Assembly (NCBI RefSeq): GCF_009914755.1
Contig: NC_060939.1
DNA length: 64,000 bases
Source of the DNA: the human T2T-CHM13v2.0 reference genome, Homo sapiens
Reading direction: 5' to 3' (one strand)
Shown here: piece after piece, positions 56,394 to 64,000 of the stretch
How positions within the stretch are numbered: position 1 is the first letter of the stretch
How the letters are laid out: every line of letters begins with the position of its first letter
Notes under the pieces: generated by a model
The model's input: the letters and a program-made list of their open reading frames with translations, nothing else
The model's database searches: none
What the model was told of the DNA's origin: nothing
Translations under genes and position numbers: made by a program

Positions 56394-56731
56394 CAGGAGG
56401 GGTTTGCAAATGTGAATGCCTGAAGTGGCCAGGTGGACAATACATAAGCAAGGAGAGTCAGACCAGGAACATAGGGCATGATGGACATTGCATCTAAAAG
56501 GGGCCACCAGCCACTCCAGGCTGCTTCTAAAAGGGGCCACCAGCCACCCCAGGATCCAGCATCGGATGGTTGCCCTGGGAGAATGCGGACCCAATGCGGC
56601 ACATTGGGAGAAGCCAAAACCCGAATTTTTATGTGAAATAGTTGGCAATTAATTAGAAAAAAGTTTCAACACAGTGCAAATGAAACAAGATCTATCAGTA
56701 AGCTGAAATTGGGCCAGTCTTGCAAACTCTG
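56394..56731 (-). mobile_element. MER102-like hAT DNA transposon relic
   Basis: GGTTTGCAAATGTGAATGCC start, GAAGCCAAAACCCGAATTTTTATGTGAAAT, GTTGGCAATTAATT and CAGTCTTGCAAACTCTG end. Confidence 0.7.
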
Positions 56732-57084
56732 CTCAATAATGTTGCTTCTGTGGAGAAAATGCATTTTAATTTCTACAACTCAACACCAGAAAAGCATTTT
56801 CCCCTCTTCTGACTCTTCCTGGGCACTATCCCCAAGGTAAGGCACTACCTTGTGTGAGAGAAGGCTAATGTCTCTGTGGTTCTAAGAACTCAAGGCCCCT
56901 CGCTGAGTTTGAGGACGTGACCTCTCCACTCCTTCCTGGTGTGTCTAGGTCATTGGTTCACAGGGTGTGTGCAAATTAGGACCTGCCTATGTTCTGCTTT
57001 TGTGGTGGTCGTGGGGATTTATTATTGCTCCGCTGTTTTTGTCTCTGTTTTCTTCTGATTATAAATGTTACATAGGTTCACTAA

Positions 57085-57436
<352 letters not shown>

Positions 57437-57507
57437 GTGAAAGTAATCACTGTTGATGATTTATTTTTTCTATCTTTCCTTTTAAAAATTTTCTCACATT
57501 ACACAAG

Positions 57508-57935
57508 TATTGTGGGTTGAATGATGCCCCTACTTCAAATACTTGTGTCCACATCCTAATCTCCAGAATCTGTGAATAAGACTTTATTTGGAGAAAGGTC
57601 TTTGCGATACAACAAAGTTGACGATGTTGAGATGAGAAGGTCACTGGATTCTCTGGGTGGGTGAGTGCCTTTATAAAAGGGAGACACACAGACACACAGA
57701 AGAGGAAGAAGCAATGTTACCAGGGAGGTAGAGGTTTGAGTGATGTGGCCGCAAGTCTAGGAGTGCTGACAGCCCTGCAGCTGGGAGAGGCAAGGAGCAG
57801 GTTCTCATTCAGAGCCTTTGGAGGGGCACAGTCCTGCCAGATTTTGGACTTCCGGCCCCCAGAATTGTCAAAGCATTAAATTCCTGCCTTCTCAAGTTGT
57901 GGTAATTTGTTACAGCAGCCCAGGAAACCAATACA
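57508..57935 (+). mobile_element. MLT1C-like solo LTR
   Basis: TGTGGGTTGAATG start, TTGTGGTAATTTGTTACAGCAGCC...AATACA end, perfect 5-bp TSD ACAAG. Confidence 0.85.
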
Positions 57936-58399
57936 ACAAGTAATACATGATAAATGTAGAATGTAATTAATTCAAACAATACAGGATTACACCAAGTAAA
58001 ATGGGAGCAAGTCCCCTACATGCTACACAAATCCCATTCTATTCTGCCATGAATAGTAAGTGTTTCTAGGCCTTTTACTATGGACTTCACACAGACACAC
58101 AAATGTTTATATATATTTTATGTGCTTTTTAAATAAATGAGATCATAGTATTCTGCTACTTGCTCTTTTTAAAATTCAGTATTTCTTGGGGATATTTGCA
58201 TGTCTGAACATAAAGATCTGCCTTATCCTCCTCATTAACTGCAGTATATTCTATGAACATTGCCTATGTCATTGTTTTCATTAATTCTAAACTTATGAAT
58301 GTAACAATATTACAATAATAAATCAAAGTTGACTTGCTTGGCTACAGTTGAAGCTATTTCTCCCCTTTTCAATCTACACATTATAATACATATCTATGT

Positions 58400-58720
58400 G
58401 TTCACCAAGGATTTCTGGCTCTCCACCTGCTACCATTGGAATTGGGTGTGCCCAAGTAACTTGCTTTGGCTAGTACTGTGAGCAGGTCACTTGTGTCATT
58501 TCCTATGGGAAGCTTGTGCTTAGTTTGCCTCATTCTTTTTCCCCTGCCAAGCAACTGCAGAAGCACTGAGAGGGTGCTCACCATCAGCCTAGGTCTCCTG
58601 GTGAGCTCAACAGAGCAGAGGGACATATTGCATGAGTGAGGAATAAACCTTTGTTGTTTAAAACCACAGAGACAGGGCTTTTTGCTACTGCAGTATAACC
58701 CAACCAATCACAACTGAGTA
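58400..58720 (+). mobile_element. Old MLT1 (I/J-like) fragment
   Basis: GGAATAAACCTTTGTTGTTTAAAACCACAGAGA...TTTGCTACTGCAGTATAACC. Confidence 0.6.
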
Positions 58721-58857
58721 TATATAACTGATATCATATGTATTTTTATATATAGAATATATATATATATAAAACTAAAGAAAGCTTAATACAAGTATTT
58801 TGACAGAGAAAAGTGTGGTTTATTACAGCCTGCTCAGTATTAATCAACAATATTACT

Positions 58858-59376
<519 letters not shown>

Positions 59377-60633
59377 ATCAACAATATTACTAACAATACA
59401 ATTTTACTTCCTATTTAGTCATTTTTCCTTTTTACATTTTCATTAAGACGATGAACTTAGTGACAAAGGAAATGAAACACTACATTTTCAATATCACAAA
59501 TATCACACTAGCCATAAATCAATAAATGCATTTGGTGAATATGCGAATTCATGGCATTGTTTTCAAGTCTAGTAAATGCCACTACCCTCGGCGTCTATTA
59601 AAAAACAATGGGTTTCAGGTTGTTTTCTATAGTTTCATGTATATTTGAAATAACAATGCTCTGTGCGCTCAAAGAACACCCCTTCTCTCTTGCTCAGATT
59701 GGCAGGTGCTTTTAGCTTCACGGAGGGGGAAGTACTGTTGTCTGATCAACAGTGATGCCTCCAGCTGATTAAAGAACATTGTCTGTAGAACTGGAAGGGG
59801 ATCAAAATGCTTTCCGTTCTCCAGGACAGAAAAGATAAGGCCCTGAAGGCTTAAATGGTAAACATGACAAGAGCCTTATGGTTTCAGTGAAAGATATCTA
59901 AGATCCAAGCCCTTTCTCTTCAGGGAGGAAGAATATTTTTTAATGATATCTCTTAAAAATGTCACATTTAATAGAAAAAAAAAGTGAAAAGGAAAGCCCT
60001 CTGCATCCCCCATGCAAACACTGCAATCAGAGGAGGTTCCTGAATCACAGCTCTGACTCTGTCACAATTCCACATGGAAGATGAGCAGCAAATACCCACA
60101 GCCTCCCACTCTCCTGGGCTTGATCACAGCAGCCAGACGCACAATGAAGGAGGCCTCTGATGATGATGACATTCTATTTAAAATTCAAATCTTCACAAAA
60201 CGCCAGGCTTCCCATCACCTGGTATGAAGTCTTTAAGAGAGGATCCTAAGCTGGAGGATACAGCCTCATTCCTCACAGGTAGGAAAAGGAGTGGAACGAA
60301 GAAGACTATTCTCACCCACAACACCTCCCAGCCTCACTGCCCTCTCCAAGTGGGTCTCGTTTGTAGAAATGGAAGGGGATCAAAGTGACTTCAGTTCACT
60401 GCCCTCTCCCCAAGTTGATCTTGTGATAGCAAAAGCGGCTGGGCACTGTACAAGGATTCCTGAGTGAATTCTGGGCCCGGTGTAAATCAGTGCTACTGAA
60501 GATGAACAGCCTGTGGGTTAATATATATTGGCAGAGTTCTCTGCCCCTCAGCTTGAACTAACCGAGGCGGCATTCACCATCATGTATTTACTTTTGTCTA
60601 GCCTCTGGATTACCAGCCTGGTTCTCCTATTCC

Positions 60634-60935
60634 TTTTTTTTTTTTTTTCCTTTTTTGAGACAGTCTTACTCTGTCACCCAGGCTGGAGTACAGTGGCATG
60701 ATCACAGCTCACTGCAACCTCCGCTCCCTGGATTCAAGTGATTCTCATGGCTCAGCCTCCTGAGTAGCTGGAATTATAGGTGTATGCCACCACACCCAGC
60801 TAATTTTTGTATTTTTAGAGAGATGAGGTTTCGCCATGTTGGCCAGGCTACTTTTGAACTCCTGGCCTCAAGTGAGCCGCCCACGTCAGCCTCTCAAAAT
60901 GCTGGGATTACAGACATGAGCCACCACACCCAGCC
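60634..60935 (-). mobile_element. Alu
   Basis: Poly-T plus antisense dimer. Confidence 0.93.
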
Positions 60936-61036
60936 TCCATTCCTTTTTTAAGAACATTATTTATGCTGCTCTCAAATATTTAACAAATACCATAGTTTTA
61001 AATATAATTTATTGAGTTCAAATGATTATTATGCAT

Positions 61037-61948
61037 CATGGTAGGCAGAATTCTGAGATGGCTCCCAAAGATTCTTGAACCCTGGCATACACATTTTTCC
61101 TAGTTATTCAGTCAAAGGCTAATGTAGGTGCCACTCTGAAGAGATTTTATAGACGAAATTGAAATTTTTTAGATTTAAAAAAAATGTCCCAAATCAGCTG
61201 ACCTGAACATAGGAGATTATCCTCAGTGGGCCTGATCTGATAAGGTGAGGCCATAAAGTGCCTGGCTTCCTCTGATGAAAGAGCTTGGAAGTGTGCAAGG
61301 GCATGGCAAGGAACCGCAGGGGCCTCCAGGAGCTTTGAGCACTGCTGGCTAACAGCCAGCAAGAGAACTGCAGGCCCGGCCCTACAACCACAAAGAACTA
61401 AATTCTGCCAAAAACCACGTGAACTTGATAGAAGACCCCAAGCTCCAGAAGTGATTGCAGCCCAATCAACACCTTGATTTTGGCCTTGTGAAACCCTGAG
61501 CAGAGAATCTAACTCAGCCATGCTCAGACTTCTGAACTATAGAAACTGAAATAGGCCAGGCATGGTGGCTCATGCCTATAATCTCAGCACTTCAGAAGGC
61601 TGAGGCTGATAGATCACTTGAGCCCAGGAGTTCAAGACCAGCCTGGGCAACATGACAAAACCCTATCTCTACAAAAAAAAAAAAAAAAAATTATGAACAT
61701 TAGCCAGGCATGCTGGTGTGTGCCTGTGGTCCCTGGTACTTGGGAGGCGGAGGTGGGAGATGGCTTGAGCCGAGGAGGCGGAGGATGCAGTGAGCTGAGA
61801 TTGTGCCAGGGCACTCCAGCCTGGGTAAGAGAGCCAGACCCTGTCAAAAAAAAAAAAAAGAAAAAAGGAAAGAAACTGTGAGATAATAAATTACTGTTTT
61901 TAAGCTGCTAAATTTGTGGTAGTCATGCAATAATAGAAATCTAGTATA
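61037..61948 (+). mobile_element. MLT1E-like LTR interrupted by an AluJ-like element (61554-61871)
   Basis: TGGTAGGCAGAATTCTGAGATGG start, GGAGATTATCCTCAGTGGGCCTGA and TGTTTTAAGCTGCTAAATTTGTGGTA end. Confidence 0.8.
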
Positions 61949-62098
61949 ATCAGATACAGCATATTTGCTCTGGCCTAAAATGTAAAGAAAGTTAAGTACA
62001 AATGCAATTTTAAATTTTATACCTCATTCTTCTTCCTTTAGAAGCAGGTACAAAAGAATAGAATGTCTTTTCCTTTATTAAATAATAAAATTTAAATT

Positions 62099-62348
62099 GG
62101 GTCAGGTGCAGTGGCTCATGCCTGTAATCCCAACACTTTGGGAGGCTGAGGCTGGTGAATTGCTTGAGGGCAGGAGTTCAAGACTAGCCTGGCCAACATG
62201 GCAAAACCCTATTTCTACTAAAAATACAAAAATTTGCCAGGTGTGGTAGCGTGCACCTGTAGTCCCAGCTACTCAAGAGGCTGAGGCATGAGAGTCACTT
62301 GAATGCAGGAGGTGGAAGCTGCAGTGAACCAAGATCACACCTGCACTA
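62099..62348 (+). mobile_element. 3'-truncated Alu with no poly-A tail
   Basis: Alu body stops at GATCACACCTGCACT. Confidence 0.88.
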
Positions 62349-62544
62349 CATTTTAATACCTCATTCAGATGTATCCAAAACCTAGAACTTTAGGATCATT
62401 ACTAAGTACTCCTTATTCTCTTTCATTTTTCATAACCTTCCTATTGTAATTATAAGGTTTTAGAATTCAGTTTATCAACATAAGATGTAAAATGGGATTC
62501 ACTTTCCCAAGTTCAAACATATACAGTAACAAAATAGCAAAAGA

Positions 62545-62835
62545 GCCGGGCGCGGTGGCTCACGCCTGTAATCCCAGCACTTTGGGAGGCTGAGGCGGGC
62601 GGATCACGAGATCAGGAGATCGAGACCATCCTGGCTAACACGGTGAAACCCCATCTCTACTAAAAATACAAAAAATTAGCCGGGCATTGTGGCGGGCACC
62701 TGTAGTCCCAGCTACTGGGGAGGCTGAGGCAGGAGAATGGCGTGAACCCGGGAGGCGGAGCTTGCAAGTGAGCTGAGATCGCGCCACTGCACTGCAGCCT
62801 GGGTGAAGAGGGAGACTCCGTCTCAAAAAAAAAAA
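62545..62835 (+). mobile_element. AluY
   Basis: GAGATCGAGACCATCCTGGCTAACACGGTG and GAGAATGGCGTGAACCCGGGAGGCGGAGCTTGC; TSD AAAATAGCAAAA. Confidence 0.95.
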
Positions 62836-63239
62836 TAGCAAAATAAGCCAAAAGACTTTATGTAGTGCATTTATCCCATGAAATAACTATATTCCATGAC
62901 TGGTAATAGAAATCCTACAAGATGGATGAAAACTTAATTTCATCAATTAATACAAAAAAATGAAATAATAGTAATGTTTCTGTTTTGAAATTATAAATTG
63001 CTATTTACATCACTGAATTTTCTCCTAATCTGCTTCAAGACAAAGAATTTTCTTTTTCTTTCCTGTATTAATCATTGAAGCTTAGTTTCTAATTAATTTT
63101 GGAGCATCAGAGCCTTTCAGCTCCTTGAATAAAGATATTGTTAAAATTCTAAGGTTTTGTTTGTTTGTCTGACTCAATTAATTGGATGCATTTTAATGCC
63201 AAGTTTCCAAGACACAGAGAAGACTTTAGGAAAGGCACT

Positions 63240-63240
<1 letters not shown>

Positions 63241-63283
<43 letters not shown>
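63241..63283 (+). repeat. Pure A43 homopolymer
   Basis: 43 consecutive A, no adjacent Alu or L1 body recognised. Confidence 0.95.
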
Positions 63284-63285
<2 letters not shown>

Positions 63286-64000
63286 CAATGAAGCAGCGCC
63301 CCTTAGTGGTAGAAGGACAAAATTATCAGTACAGTAAAGATCTTGCTGAGGTATAACAATTTGTAAGCGCAAAATAATTTTCCCTTTAAAAAATTAGAAA
63401 GAGTTAAGTAAAACATTTTAGAGTAATCATTGCAAAGTGGATTATGGGGATTCGCAGGGCGTTTAGAAAGCCGAAAGGGAGTCATTGCATCTGCTGGGGA
63501 AAGTGAAAATCGAGGATTAACAGCCTTTAACATGTAGGAAATTAAATTATCCCTAATACAAGTAGCAGAGTAATCTCAACAGCCATTTGTCCTCCAATGA
63601 CTCTTTCACTGAGATGAAGTACAAATGAAAGTAAGCTGATTTTGTAGATATATGGGGTAATTTTAGGTACAGTATTTACATGACCCTTTAGCATCATTGA
63701 TTCATTAATATCAATACTCAGCAACATAAGACCTGCCAGCCATACTTTACAGTTGCAATCACTAAGGCTCAGGGAAATGAGGGAAGTGGTAGAGTCAATA
63801 CTTGGATGTCACTGTTTCCAGTTCTGTAACCCTGTAACTGGGTCCATCCATGGTCCACCACATAGAATGTACTCCATCCTAGAACTCTCCTTGTCTACTA
63901 GCTAAAAGGTATATGGCTGAGTCACTACTGTGTGAACTCTGTAGCCCAACTGCTTGGGTTCAAAGTCTGGGTTTCCTGTAATCCCAGCACTTTAGGAGGA

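Noticed and set aside
63100-63283. Processed pseudogene ending in the A43 tract
   Set aside because: No ORF remnant, no TSD, and no poly-A signal at the normal distance from the tract.

Overview
Primate (human-like, AluY-containing) genomic DNA that is almost entirely non-coding. The central feature is a CpG island (~27.7-30.3 kb) with a probable non-coding first exon of a minus-strand gene. Its donor is CAG|GTAGGT at 29249/29248, so positions 1-29248 are probably intron 1 and positions above ~29.5 kb are upstream. I cannot support any protein-coding exon: the long ORFs are GC-rich or repeat-derived. The rest is a dense mosaic of ~35 Alus, MIR and L2 relics, an L1MB-like 3' end, MaLR/ERVL solo LTRs (THE1B-like, MLT1, LTR33, LTR16), DNA-transposon relics (MER44, MER5A, MER102) and microsatellites. 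I found no CRISPR, rRNA or tRNA and no convincing novel biological system. The most unusual signals are several short, apparently locally templated insertions or duplications (54696-54831, 60362-60397, 16502-16580, possibly 62030-62349). Other points of interest are an intact DUX4-type site in the THE1B LTR, an octamer cluster, a candidate cryptic exon, head-to-head Alus 34 bp apart and an orphan A43 tract. Repeat family names come from my recall of consensus sequences; old-repeat boundaries are approximate and identity counts are hand alignments.
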